Source: Macrostomum lignano
Taxonomy: Eukaryota
DNA length: 64,000 bases
Assembly (NCBI GenBank): GCA_002269645.1
Contig: NIVC01000221.1
Span: forward strand, 310,001-374,000
Direction of reading: 5' to 3'
Each line of letters opens with the position of its first letter. Positions within the stretch are counted from its first letter, which is position 1. The notes under the pieces were generated by a model. It searched no databases and was not told the DNA's origin. It worked only from the letters and a program-made list of their open reading frames with translations. The translations under genes were made by a program, and so were the position numbers. This document shows positions 39,457 to 54,164 of this stretch, piece by piece.

Positions 39457-41186
39457 TTAAGCAATCACGGAAGCTCAAAACCCACCTGCGAATCTGCCAG
39501 AGACCGGCATGAGCTCTGCGTCCCACGCCGTAACGATGGGGCTGCACGTGACTGTGGGGCTGCTGCTGAGCTGCTCGCTGATATCGTCCGCTGCTGGCAT
39601 TGCTGGGCTTCTGGACTCGGAGTCTGAGGGATTTTCTGAGGGATGTTCCAAGAGATCGATATGAATCTTATATGTCTAGTGTAATAGTGTAATATTAGAT
39701 AAGAACTACCAACTTGCATTTATAGCGATGCTCTGCCTGCCTTACTGCCCGGTGATATGCGCCTGAACACTTTAAGGTTTAAAGATATGCGCCAAGTTTA
39801 GAGGGAGCTATTTTTAGAATTTCTCGTGGCGGGCGTTTGTTCGGTCTTCTGGACAAACTGTTTTGTTTTAAAGAACTCATTCAACTGCCAAAACTTACTT
39901 CACAGCTGATGAGAATCACTTTAAAACATTTGCACACAAAGTGCCAGAGCTGTCCGGTGAAAAATCGGACAGGTGCCGTAACTCAGGAAACAAAGAAGCA
40001 ACCAGAAAAACAGCACAGTCATTTTTAAACATAGTCGCCACCCTTCTCAGTGCTGCGCTGTCACCTCACCTGCCAATTGTTGAAGGCCTCAGCGTACAGG
40101 TTTGCGTCCAACTGAAGTGGAATTCAAGTAGAATTCAACTCAAAATTGCGGCCTGCGATGATGATTTTGACATTTTTGAGAATTTAATTAAAGAAAACCA
40201 GAAACCCTGTTTGCTGGCCTCAAGCTTGGCGTAGAGTGGAGTTCGATGAAATGACTCTTCGTTGTTTCTTTGTTGTAATTCGTTGCCAACGCCACCAAAA
40301 GTATGTTTAAATGCATTAAGAATACATTAGAGATATGTGTGGAGGACTGGATATGTGTGAAGTTGGTTTACAACTTTTTGCAAAACTTGCCTTTGTGTAA
40401 AGATGCTGTTATAATGTGGTAATTTGAATTCGAATAAAAGTACAAATCAGCCACTGAAAGAGAAATTGAAAATTTGTGTTTGCATTTGCAATCTTAGTCG
40501 CATATAGTGCGCATATCTAGATATTGTACATGCATTGCGTGTTTTACTTACACAAATCACTAATTATCGCTTTGCACTTGTTGAGAATCCCCCTAGTTAT
40601 CAGAATTCATCAACAACCAAATTTATTATCCCTATAACCCACGTGTTGCGATTTCTCTTCCCTTGAATCATCCTGCCCCCCAGCACCCAATTTCCCAATT
40701 TCCCATAGAAACCTCCACTTCTCGGCAAGAGACAGGCGGTTGTTTGTTTGGCGACATGCAATGAGCCCAGCGTCCTAGATCTGGATGGTCATTTTTAGAC
40801 ATTGAGGTAGAAATTCCTGTTAGGCTTGCCACTGGTGAGGGCCATTGAACTGCGGGCTGGGTGGCTGCTTTGCTGGGTCGGGTCGGGAGTGCGCTGTTTG
40901 GCTGTCCTGCCTTCGTCTGCAAGTTTCGTTCGCACATAATTCTTCTGTGCCAGCACTGGTCTCTGTCTCCTTTCCCCGCGCAGAAGCAGCCAATTGTGGA
41001 TGCCCGCCGTTGCAACCGCAGCAACCCCCGCCTCCTTCACGAGCCAATGAAGTGGCTGCCCAATTGGCCTTTGCAGCCATCGGATTAGGAAGAGACACTG
41101 TAAGCACTGGAAAAGCCCGCTAAATGAGTTCTCCGTTCTCCGTGTAAATGAATACTAGGTACCTCAGCGTTTCAGCATAATAGCTG

Positions 41187-42491
41187 GGTGCACCCGGCGG
41201 CTCGACTGGCGCCGCCTGCTGGACCTGCTGGATGAGTGATGAGAGTGACGTCTGGAGTGCCTGTGAGTGATAAGAGTGACATCTGGAGTGCCTGTGAGTG
41301 ATGAGAGTGACATCTGGAGTGCCTGTGAGTGATAAGAGTGACATCTGGGGTGCCTGTGAGTGATAAGAGTGACATCTGGAGGAGTGCCTGTGAGTGGTGA
41401 GAGTGACATCTGGAGTGCCTGTGAGTGACGAAAGTGACATCTGGAGTGCCTGTGAGTGATAAGAGTGACATCTGAAGTGCCTGTGAGTGATGAGAGTGAC
41501 AGCTGGACCTGTTGGATGAGAGATGAGAGTGACATCTGGACCTGTTGGATGAGAGATGAGAGTGACATCTAGAGAGCCTGTGAGTGATGAGAGTGACAGC
41601 TGGACCTGTTGGATGAGAGATGAGAGTGACATCTGGACCTGTTGGATGAGAGATGAGAGTGACATCTGGAGTGCCTGTGAGTGATGAGAGTGACAGCTGG
41701 ACCTGTTGGATGAGAGATGAGAGTGACATCTGGAGTGCCTGTGAGTGATGAGAGTGACAGCTGGACCTGTTGGATGAGAGATGAGAGTGACATCTGGAGT
41801 GCCTGTGAGTGATGAGAGTGACAGCTGGACCTGTTGGATGAGAGATGATAGTGACATCTAGAGAGCCTGTGAGTGATGAGAGTGACAGCTGGACCTGTTG
41901 GATGAGAGATGAGAGTGACATCTGGAGTGCCTGTGAGTGATGAGAGTGACAGCTAGACCTGTTGGATGAGAGATGAGAGTGACATCTAGAGTGCCTGTGA
42001 GTGATGAGAGTGACAGCTGGACCTGTTGGATGAGAGATGATAGTGACATCTAGAGAGCCTGTAAGTGATGAGAGTGACAGCTGGACCTGTTGGATGAGAG
42101 ATAAGAGTGACATCTGGAGTGCCTGTGAGTGATGAGAGTGACAGCTGGACCTGTTGGATGAGAGATGAGAGTGACATCTGGAGTGCCTGTGAGTGATGAG
42201 AGTGACAGCTGGACCTGTTGGATGAGAGATGAGAGTGACATCTGGAGTGCCTGTGAGTGATGAGAGTGACAGCTGGACCTGTTGGATGAGAGATGAGAGT
42301 GACATCTGGAGTGCCTGTGAGTGATGAGAGTGACAGCTGGACCTGTTGGATGAGAGATGAGAGTGACATCTGGAGTGCCTGTGAGTGATGAGAGTGACAT
42401 CTGGAGTGCCTGAGTGATGAAAGTGACATCTGAAGTCGCGGACGCCGCCTTGGACAATTTCTACTGCGATGGCTGCCTGCTCAGCTGCTGA
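41187..42491 (+). pseudogene. Collapsed NSD-like 3' fragment: SET-exon piece, minisatellite, PHD-exon tail
   Basis: 41187-41224 matches 29530-29592 minus 25 bp; 42435-42491 matches the 3' end of the PHD exon. Confidence 0.8.
41225..42432. repeat. Composite 64-bp minisatellite (GAGTGACAGCTGGACCTGTTGGATGAGAGATGAGAGTGACATCTGGAGTGCCTGTGAGTGATGA); paralog at 61031-62270
   Basis: Read directly. Confidence 0.92.
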
Positions 42492-44427
42492 GGCCGCGGT
42501 TCACTCAGGCTGCAATTCTCACTGCATGCTGGGCCTTTTCGATACATATCGGCCCAGACTCAAAGCCTGATTGCGTCTATTCTAATAGGCGAATGCGATT
42601 GCAATGTTAAATGTGCCATTTCTATCAATAATAATAATAATATCCTTTGCATACTACTGTCAGGCATTCAGGCTGCATTTGCGATCTGCTTCATCCTCAG
42701 TTGAATGCTCTGTCGAAATGTTTCAATTGTTTTAAATAAACTGAAGGTGCTCAGTTTGAGTCTTCAGAATCGACAAAAAACAGCATTTGCTGGCGTTGGC
42801 TGCATTTTTCTATTTGAAGCTGATGGAATGAGGTGACAGCTTTCAATAAATATGAGTAGAAGTGTATGTTTAGAAAAACAGTAAATTTACCGCAGCTCTT
42901 GAATTGTACGCTGGTGGTACGTTGTACGCAGATATTTTCTGTGGCTATTTTTAGCTACCGTGTACGTATATGCACGAGCGAACGTCTTCCCCGGGATTCT
43001 CTGAATTCTTCTCTCCCCAGAATTTAAACAAGACAAACTCTCGAGTTACTACTGTTCAGGCTAGCAGAAGATTTATATTCACAAATGGAGATTCTATTCC
43101 TCATTAGCCGTTTGTATTTGTTTTTTAGTTATAATATTAAATAATTAGTTTGCCACAGATAATATTATAAAATATGAAAATCAGCAGCTATCGGCCTGCG
43201 CATTAATTATTAATAAATAAGTAGAAGCAGAGAATCAAACAGAAGGGAGAAGCCTAAATCGCTCTGACGCATGCAGTCATCAGTCGCATGTCCTGAAACA
43301 ACATTTGAAGCAACAGAAATCGATTTGAAGGCTGCCAATCAGTGACATCACTTGTGCTCATTCTATAATTCTATCTGAGCTCAATCAAGGCTGATAAACT
43401 GTTGCAGTACCTGAGCTTTTCATGCTAATTAAGATGAAAATGTGCATGTGATGTGTGCCAGTGTATCACAGCTGGCCTGTAGCAGCTCATGTGTTTATCA
43501 CATTTTTCAAAATCAATAAGTTGCTTATTGAACTTTGTTTACCTGTGCCCAAGTAGATTAACTGATTCGATTCGGTTGAGCCGTGGGGTTTTCAGGCGGG
43601 GGAGTCGAGTTCACTGCTGCAAGTATTATGGATTTTAACGCAACATCAACAGAATATTAACTGAATATAATATGTATGACAAGTCAATATTTGAAGCAAA
43701 TCACTGACATCTCATCTCATTTCATCTGTACAAATGTGTCAGTGTGAGTCACACACACATTGATTCACACACTGAGATGCAGCTGCCATCGCTCAGCCAG
43801 CAGGTTGCGAAGGTCTCTGAAAAGCCGGATTTCAGAGAAAAATAATTTCAGCATGCAGTCAGGGCTGTCAAGCCTCACTAATGCTTGAGAATCACAGAAG
43901 CTCACAACCCACCTGCGAATCTGCCATGAGCTCTGCGTCCCAGGCCGCAACGATGGGGCTAGAGGTGGCTGTCGGGCTGCTGCTGAGCTGCTCGCTGACG
44001 TCTGCTGCTGGCATTGCTGGCCGCAACGATGGCTGATTTGCGATGTGTCGAGAGAGATCGAGCTGAATGCTTAAGCTTAAGTGTGTTGGATTAAATTACA
44101 ATGTAAAAATCAATAATCATTTTTCATTTCGAAATTAATAAAGCTTTATTAGCTTTATTAGCTTTATTAGCCAATATGATCACAAATCCCTTATTTTGGC
44201 AGAGCTAATTTGGCAGAGCTAATTTCGCTTATTAATTTCGCGTATGTAAATAAATAAATGTGAATCAAGATGGCTTCTAGCAGTGCTAAAAATAGAAAAT
44301 TGTACTGTTTTTCTATTTTCAAATCTTTTACATTGTAATGCTTGCTGTAATTCACTTATTCTAATATTCTATAAGCATTCTGAGTCCGATGTTGTCCGGT
44401 GAAATATCGGACAGGTGCTGTAATCAG

Positions 44428-45060
44428 GAATCCAGGGTGAGAGACAGGGGAGATACAGGGTGAGAGGGAGAGACAGGGTGAGAGGGAGAGACAGGGGAGA
44501 TACAGGGTGAGAGGGAGAGACAGGGGAGATACAGGGTGAGAGGGAGAGACAGAAGAGAGACAGGGGAGATAAAGGGTGAGAGGGAGAGACAGGGGAGATA
44601 CAGGGGAGATAAAGGGTGAGAGGGAGAGACAGGGGAGATAAAGGGTGAGAGGGAGAGACAGAAGAGAGACATGGGAGATAAAGGGTGAGAGACAAGGTGA
44701 GAGACAGGGGAGATACAGGGTGAGAGGGAGAGACAGGGTGAGAGGGAGAGACAGGGGAGATACAGGGTGAGAGGGAGAGACAGAAGAGAGACAGGGGAGA
44801 TAAAGGGTGAGAGGGAGAGACAGGGGAGATACAGGGGAGATAAAGGGTGAGAGGGAGAGACAGGGGAGATAAAGGGTGAGAGGGAGAGACAGAAGAGAGA
44901 CATGGGAGATAAAGGGTGAGAGACAAGGTGAGAGACAGGGGAGATACAGGTGAGAGACAGGGTGAGAGGGAGAGACAGGAGAGAGACAGGGGAGATACAG
45001 GTGAGAGGGAGAGACAGGGGAGATACAGGGTGAGAGGGAGAGACAGGGTGAGAGGGAGAG
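44428..45060. repeat. Purine-rich minisatellite GGGTGAGAGGGAGAGACAGGGGAGATACA
   Basis: Read directly. Confidence 0.9.
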
Positions 45061-45294
45061 CTCTGAAAACTCACAGCTCCAAACTCACTGCACCCTGGTA
45101 ATGCCACCGTCCCCCATCTGAAATACTACTACTGCAAAAACACTTAGCGCGCTACTAACCGCAGTAGATAAACTCGGGTAAAACTCTTAAATTTTCGCGA
45201 CGCTCATTAAATTGTACAGTTCTTCTGTCTTCAGAACATGTTAAGAGAATAAATGCAAAAGAACATTCGCATGTTTTCTTCTTTCTGAAGAATG

Positions 45295-46095
45295 TTTTTT
45301 TAATAAACTGAAGGTGCTCAGTTTGAGTCTTGAAAATCGACAAGGAAACAGCATTTGCTGGCGTTTTGCTGCGTTTTGTTATTTGAAACTGACGGAATGC
45401 GGTGACAGCTTTCTGTGAATATGAGTTCTTGCGGTAAGTAGTATGTTTAGAAATGCTTTAAATACAATGAAAGTCCTCAAACTCAGATTCAGACATAAAC
45501 CAACAAGACAGGCCGTTGCTGTGTGCACCCTGAAAAATATGTACGCGTATGATAGGCCGGAAAAACCGTGGATTTGCCGCAGCTCTTCAATTGTACGCTC
45601 GTACGTGCTTGGCTATTTTCTGTGGCTATTTTTAGCTACCGAGTACAGTATATGTACGAGCGTACTCTCCCCCGGGGTTCTCCTAATTTTTCCCTCCTCA
45701 GAATTTAAACAAGAGGAAATTCTTGAGTTACTACTATTCAGGCTACCAGAGTAACAAGCGAAGATTTATATTCACAAACGAAGTCTATCTCGCGTTACTG
45801 TGAAAATTAATTTTATTCCTCATTATCCCTTTAACTACATTTTTTTCGTTATAATATTGAATAATTAGTTTTCCACAGATAGCATTATAAAATATGGAAA
45901 TGAGCAGCTATCGGCCTGCACATTAAATATTTATAACAGGCAGAAGCAGAGAAGCAAAAAGAAGGGAGAGGCCAAATTGCTCTCTTCTGATGCATGCAGT
46001 CAACAGTCGCATGTGCTGAAACATTATTTGGAGCAACAGAAATCGATATGAAGGCTGCCAATCAGTGACATGTGCACCTTGCTTGTGCTCATTCT
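45295..46095 (+). repeat. More diverged copy of the 3' flank that follows the PHD exon (compare 34655-35285)
   Basis: Shared blocks AAACTGAAGGTGCTCAGTTTGAGTCTT...GAAGGCTGCCAATCAGTGAC. Confidence 0.8.
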
Positions 46096-47442
46096 CCCAG
46101 TAAAAAAGGTTTGTCGGAATCCGATCGGAATTTCTACAGGAATTTGTCTCGTGCAATCCGATCGAAATGTGACGCTAATATCCGACTAAATTACGATTAG
46201 GTTGTATTTTTCCGAATTTGCTTTTGCTTCGGCTAGCTTGCATAAAAATAAACAAATCGGTTTTCAAAGTGCTTAGCAAAATAATATATTATTTAAAATA
46301 TTATTCTGCCTGAAGAGTGAAGCACAATAATGATTGGCTACTTAATTTACTCAATGCATTGTATATTATGCAATTATAAAGATTACAGTATGCAATTTCT
46401 GCAGAACACGTCAAGAGAGTAAAACTGTATTACATGTGGATGCAAGGAAACGTCGATAAACAGCATAATAACAATAATAATAATGCAATATATACAGAAA
46501 ATGAGTACGGAAAACGAATAAAAGGATACAGAAAACAAATACAAAATAATACAATATGATAGATGAAGAACACATGAATGCAAAAAGCTAGCTAGCTAGA
46601 TAGATGTTGTGAACCAAACGGCTGCATTATCAGCACTTACAGCCAGAGTCAGCAGATGCTTTGTCATCACAGGTGGCGGCAGAGGCGCCATGTCAGCTCC
46701 TTCATTGTCGCGATTGCTTCCCCCACTGACACTCCACGATTGTTGGTCTGGCGCTCTTGCACCTTCAGACGCGATCGCAGAAGGTCTGGATGGCCTTTTG
46801 ATGCAATCCAGAGAGAACTCGGAGGATAGGGTCCTGCATTGAGTAATTTAGAGAGTTGATGGCATGATCAGCAGACCAGTTGGGCACCTGCACTGTCATT
46901 AGACAGATTTGGAAATAAGAAATATAACAATAGTTGTCTTTAAGCAAGGCAAGGAAAAACTTAATTAGATATTCTTTAGAACTGGTATAAAAGCAATTGG
47001 AATATACGAAAAGAATAAAAAACACAAAGAACACATACCCTTGAAGATCTCGCCAAAGTATGCATTGAAAGACAATTTGACCTTTGATCCTTATCAGCCT
47101 GGACCTGTTGCTGGACCTGCTGGATGAGAGATGAGAGTGACATCTGGAGTGCCTGTGAGTGATGAGAGTGATAGCTGGAGTGCCTGTGAGTGATGAGAGT
47201 GACAGCTAGAGTGCCTGTGAGTGATGAGTGTGACAGCTGGAGTGCCTGTGAGTGATGGGAGTGACAGCTGGAGTGCCTGTGAGTGATGAGAGTGAGAGCT
47301 GAAGTGCTTGTCAGTGATGAGAGTGAGAGAGTGACAGCTGGAGTGCCTGTGAGTGATGAGAGGGACATCTGGAGTGCCTGTGAGTGAATAGAGTGACATC
47401 TGGAGTGCTTGTCAGTGATGAGAGTGACAGCTGGAGTGCCTG

Positions 47443-48256
<814 letters not shown>

Positions 48257-49136
48257 CACCTGTGAGTGATGAGTGTGACAGCTGGAGTGCCTGTGAGTGA
48301 TGAGAGTGAGAGCTGGAGTGCCTGTGAGTGAATAGAGTGACAGCTGGAGTGCTTGTCAGTGATGAGTGTGACAGCTGGAGTGCCTGTGAGTGATGAGAGT
48401 GACATCTGAGTGCTTGTCAGTGATGACAGTGAGAGCTGGAGTGCTTGTCAGTGATGAGAGTGACAGCTGTACCTGCTGGATGAGAGATGAGAGTGACAGC
48501 TGTACCTGCTGGATGAGAGATGAGAGTGACATCTGGAGTGCTTGTCAGTGATGAGAGTGACAGCTGGAGTGCCTGTGAGTGATGAGAGTGACAGCTGGAG
48601 TGCCTGTGAGCGATGAGAGTGACACCTGGAGTGCACACCTGGAGTGCGTACACATTATGTGACACCTAAAGCAACTGAGATTTACACCCTAAATGCCTGA
48701 AAGACACATAGAGACACTCTGTGATACACAGTCACACAGAGTGCTGCAACTACCTAGGGACACACAAAGAGCCACAATTACCAGACTGACACATTAGGAA
48801 TTTTAGGAGTGACTAAATTTTTTAGGAGTTGGGAGTTATGTTTTCTCCTTTAGGATTTTAGGAGCTAAGAGTGACACCCCACACTAAACAGCTACCCGGA
48901 GTAACTTAAGTGATAAGAGTGCCACAGCTACCCAGAGTGACACACAGGGTGCCACAGCTACCCAGAGTGACACACAGAGTGACACCCAGAGTGACACACA
49001 GAGTGCCACAGCTACCCAGAGTGACACACAGAGTGCCGCAGCTACCCAGAGTGACACAGAGTGACACACAGAGTGACACAGGGTGAAACCCAGAGTGACA
49101 CACACAGAGTGACACCACAGCACCAACCAACCGCAG

Positions 49137-49354
<218 letters not shown>

Positions 49355-50059
49355 TCACTCAGGCTGCAATTCTCACTGCATGCTGGGCCTTTTCGATACA
49401 TATCGGCCCGGACTCAAAGCCTGATTGCGTCTATTCTAATAGGCGAATGCGATTGCAATGTTAAATGTGCCATTCTATCAATAATAATAATGATATCCTT
49501 TGCATACTACTGTCAGGCATTCAGGCTGCATTTGCGATCTGCTTCATTCTCAGTTGAATGCTCTGTCGAAATGTTTCAATCGTTTTAAATAAACTGAAGC
49601 TGCTCAGTTTGAGTGTTGAAAATCGACAATAAAACAGCATTTGCTGGCGTTGGCTGCATTTTGTTATTTGAAACTGATGGAATGAGGTGACTGTTTCAAT
49701 AAATATGAGTAGCAAGGAGTAGTATGTTTAGAAAAACGGTGGATTTACCGCAGCTCTTGAATTGTACGCTGGTACGTTGTACGCAGATATTTTCTGTGGC
49801 TATTTTTAGCTACCGTATACGTAGCTGCACGAGCGAACGTAGCTCCCCCGGGATTCTCTGAATTCTTCTCTCCCCAGAATTTAAACAAGACAAATTCTCG
49901 AGTTACTACTGTTCAGGCTACCAGAAGATTTATATTCACAAATGGAGATTCTATTCCTTATTAGCCGTTTGTATTTGTTTTTTTAGTTATAATACTAGCC
50001 AATTCCAACCCCCGTTGGGGCTTTCCGTCAGAACTCCTACCAAAGTTTTCTCACGCAAA

Positions 50060-52925
50060 AGAAATTTACCCAACTGAACCCCCCATCCAAAGAATCTCTC
50101 ATCCATAAAATCCCTGATGCAAATAATCTCACATGCAAAAAACCCTCATCCAAAGAATCCCCATACAAGGAACCCCCCATCGACAGAATCCCCGATCCGA
50201 AGAATTTCCCATTCAAGGAATCCTCCCATCTGAAGAATTCCCCGTCCAATGAATCCCTTATTCAAGAAATCCCCCATCCACAGAAACCCTCTATCCAAAG
50301 AATCCCCCCAGCCATCCCTATCCAAAGAATCGCCCATCCATCCCTATCTAAAGAATACCCCATCGGTCCCTATCCCAAGAATCCTCCTATTCATCCCTAT
50401 CCAAAGAATTTCCCCATCCATTTCTATCTAAATAATCCCCTCAACCATCCATATCAAAAAAAATTCCTCCTCCAAAAAATCACCCTCCAAAGAATTCACA
50501 TCCTGAAATAATCCCACATCAAAAGAATAATTGGCCAAAGAATCCCAGAATCCCCTCAGCTAAAGAACCCCCGTTCAAATAACCCCCATCTAAAGAATCC
50601 CCCATTCAAAAAGCCCTCCACCAAAACAATGCCCCACCGAAGAAATTGCCCAATGAATCACCTATCCAAATTTATCCATTAGAAGCATCCCTCATCCAAA
50701 GAATCATCAATCCATAGAATTCCCCCAAGACTTAACATCTCAGCAATTTCCCCAAGCCTCGACACCTCAGAAATTTTCCCCAAGCATTGACATCTAAGCA
50801 ATTCCGGCGCAAGCCTTGACATGTTACCAATTTCTCCCCGCCAAAAGCCTTGACATCTCAGTAATTCCCCTCCCCAAGCCTTGATATCTCAGTAATTCTC
50901 CTAGTAAGCCTTCATATCTCAGTAATTCCTCCAGTAAGTCTTGACATCTTAGCAATTTCTCCCCGTCCAAAGCCTTGGCATCTTAGCGATTCCCCTCCCC
51001 GAGACTTAAGACCTCAGCAATTCCTTTTTAAGCCTTCAAACCTCAGCAATTCCCCCACAAGCCTTGACATCTCAGCGATTCCCTCTTAAGCCTTCACAAC
51101 TCAGCGATTCCCCCCACAAGCCTTGACATCTCAGAAATTCCCCTAAGCCTTGACATCTGAGTAATTATCCTTCCCAAGTCTTGAAATCTCAGGAACTCCC
51201 TCTTAAGCCTTGGCATCTCAGCAATTCCCCAACAAGACTTGACACCTCAGCAATTCCCTCTTAAGCCTTGGCATCTCAGCAAGTCCCTCTTAAGCCTTCA
51301 CATGTCATTAATTCCCCAAGGTAAGATTTTATACATGTATCTCAATAATTCCCCCTGTAAATCTTGACATCTTAAAATTCTCTTCCGAGCAAGCATCCCC
51401 AAAGAGCGAGCGTCCTTCCGATAGCAAGCATCCCCTGATAGAAATTACCTCCTGCAAGATTAGTGAAGCAGTTTCCTCAGCTAGCCAATTCCAACTCCCG
51501 TTGGGGCTTTCCGTCCAAACTCCAGCCACAGTTTTCCCACGCAATAAAATTTCACCCAACTGAATCTCCCATCCAAAGAATCCCTCATCCAAAGAATACA
51601 CCACCCATAGAATCCACGATACAAAGAATCTCACATGCAAAGAATCCGCCATCCAAAAAACCTCCCATCGATAGAATCACCGATCCGAAGAATCCCCCAT
51701 CTAAAGAATCCCCCATCCAAAGAATCCCCCATCCAAAGAATCCCCCATCTAAAGAATCCCCCATCCAAAGAATCCCCCATCTAAAGAATCCCGGATCCAA
51801 AGAATTCCCCATTCAAGGAATTCTCCTATCTGAAGAATTGCCCATCCATAGAATCTTACATGCAGAGAATCCCCATCCAAAGAACCCCCATCGATAGAAT
51901 CCCCGATCCGAAGAATCCCCCTATCCATCCCTATCCAAAAAATCCCCGACCTCCATCCATATAAAAAAATCCCCCATCCAAAGAACCCAGCTATCAATAG
52001 AATCCCGGATCCAAAGAATTCCCCATTCAAGGAATTCTCCTATCTGAAGAGCTTCCCATCCAATGCATTGCCCATCCATAACATCTCACATGCAAACAAT
52101 CCCCTTCAAAAGAATCCCTATTTAAAGAATCCCTCATTCACAGAATCCCTATCGAAAGAATTCCCCCACCCATCCATATCCAAAGAATCCCCCATCCATC
52201 CCTATCGAAAAAATGCCCCTATTTATCCCTATCCAAAGAATCCTCCTATCAATCCCCATCCATTCCTATCTAAAGAATCCCCCTCCAAATAATCTCCATG
52301 CAAATAATCCACGTCCAAATAATCCCCATCCACATTATCCTTTGATTCTCCCATCAAAAGAATAATTGGCCAAAGAATACCCTCATCTAAAAAAACCCGT
52401 TCAAAAAATCCACGTCCAAATAATCCCCATCCACAGAATCTCCATCCACATTATCCATTGATTCTCCCATCAAAAGAATAATTGGCCAAAGAATACCCTC
52501 ATCTACGAGTAAAAAACCCGTTAAAAAATCCACGTCCAAATAATCCCCATCAACAGAATTCCCCATTCAAGGAATCCAAAGAATCTCCCATCCAAATAAT
52601 CCGCCCATGAATAGAATTTTTGGCCAAAGAATCCCCTAATCTCCTCGAGATATCCATTAGAAGCATCTCTCGTTCAAAGATTCCCCAATCCATAGAATTC
52701 TTCCCCAAGACTTAACATCTCAGCAATTCCCACCAAGCCTTGACACCTCAGAAATTCTCTTCAAGCCTTGACATCTCAGCAATTCACTCTTAAGCCTTGG
52801 CATCTCAGTAATTATCTCAGTAAGCCTTTATATCTCAGTAATTCCCCCAGTAAGTCTTGAAATCTCAGCAATTCCCCTCACGTCTTGATATCTCAGAAAT
52901 TCCCTCTTAGCCTTGGCATCTCAGT
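50060..52925. repeat. Two diverged modules of (ATCCAAAGAATCCCC)n plus (CCTTGACATCTCAGCAATTCCCC)n satellites inside element A
   Basis: Module 1 about 49995-51330; module 2 about 51481-52925. Confidence 0.85.
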
Positions 52926-53057
52926 TTAATAAAAAAATTGAATATACTACATGAATACTCGTAGCTTCTCTTCTACCTGATTTACCTGACGTTTTTTAGT
53001 TTTCTTTAGCTACAAAGTTTAAAATTATTTTTTTTAATAAAAAACTTCTACAATTTA

Positions 53058-53117
53058 AAAATTCGAACCCACGTCGCTGCATTAGCAGGTCAGTCTGTTT
53101 GCCTCTAGGCTATCTCT
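53058..53117 (-). other. tRNA-like (Ser GCT-loop) Pol III head inside element A
   Basis: Minus strand GAGATAGCCTAGAGG...CTGCTAA...GGGTTCGAAT; incomplete cloverleaf. Confidence 0.6.
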
Positions 53118-54164
53118 CATTGTTTTGATAACATAAATTGTAGCACTTACGAGTACATAATTCAACACTTTCAAAACTCCACGCACAGAGTAAATCATAC
53201 GAAGCAGTTATGACATAATTTCTCAGCCAGTCTGTATCAGTTTCAAATAAAGTCACCAATATGGTTACGCAATCTAAATCTAAATTCAATGGCGCTGGCT
53301 TGAATTGTGGAGTTGCGATAAAGTAGGGGTTTGCGATATTGGAGAGCGTACAATGAGTATATAAAGTAAAATTCATAGGAATCTTCTTTTTAATGCTGTG
53401 CTTTCAATTTTTCGAATCTAAGCAAAGAAATTATATTCCCGAACTCAGCGTTTCAAGCTCTTTCTAGCAATACAAGGGCACAAGGCTCTCTTCTGAAAGT
53501 AAAAAACTCGAAGCACAAACAACGATTGAACATTCCTGCTTTAAAGCATTCAAATTCATAAGGTGTACATTCAGCGCTAGCTACAGTGAGAGGCCTGCAA
53601 GTTGATGCATTGAAATTAACAACCAAGCCAGCCCATGAATAATTGAATAGCGACACCCGCCCCTCAATTTCAATATCTAAAAGGTGTTGCGCAACCTTTC
53701 AACGCTTGTAGCTCTCCACGCGAGTGTAGAGAACCAATGCTATAGTTGGCACTGAGTTATGATGCAATACAATTCCATCGGCAGTCAGACTGCTTCTCAA
53801 TCGGAAAGAACTGTTTGAACTTTAAAAAAACAGGGAGAAAATCGAGTTTTTCGAATATTTAAGCCCGAAAAAGGAAGCAATTTCATAGCAAAATTTTGTG
53901 TACCAGCGCACCATCAATACGCATCGAATGCAGAAAACCCCACGAAATTCCGAACATGTAGAGTCAAGTTAAACGAAGGTTCCTATAGGTACATAGTTTT
54001 GATTTTTAGTATATTGGACTAGCAATCTTCGCCCCCCGATGGGGGACATCTGGATAGAATCTCTGTTCTCTACAAGTAACAAAAAAACAGCCAAAAATCC
54101 TTCAAAAAGACAACAGACAAACTGCTCAAATGAAGTGCATTGCAAAAAGAAATCATCCCAAGAC

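Larger units (their letters stand above)
49995..54018 (-). mobile_element. Non-autonomous Helitron-like element A
   Basis: Minus-strand 5' TCCAATATACTAAAAAT at 54018; 3' hairpin CCCC-AAC-GGGG then CTAG at 49995 followed by host T; second 3' terminus at 51481. Confidence 0.75.

Noticed and set aside
36921-39512. 847-aa and 238-aa ORFs
   Set aside because: Translations of a stop-free 23-bp minisatellite with no domain or non-repetitive part.
41120-42457. Overlapping MSLSSLIQQ... ORFs, also at 60926-62294 and 46976-48665
   Set aside because: Open frames of tandem repeats in several phases at once.
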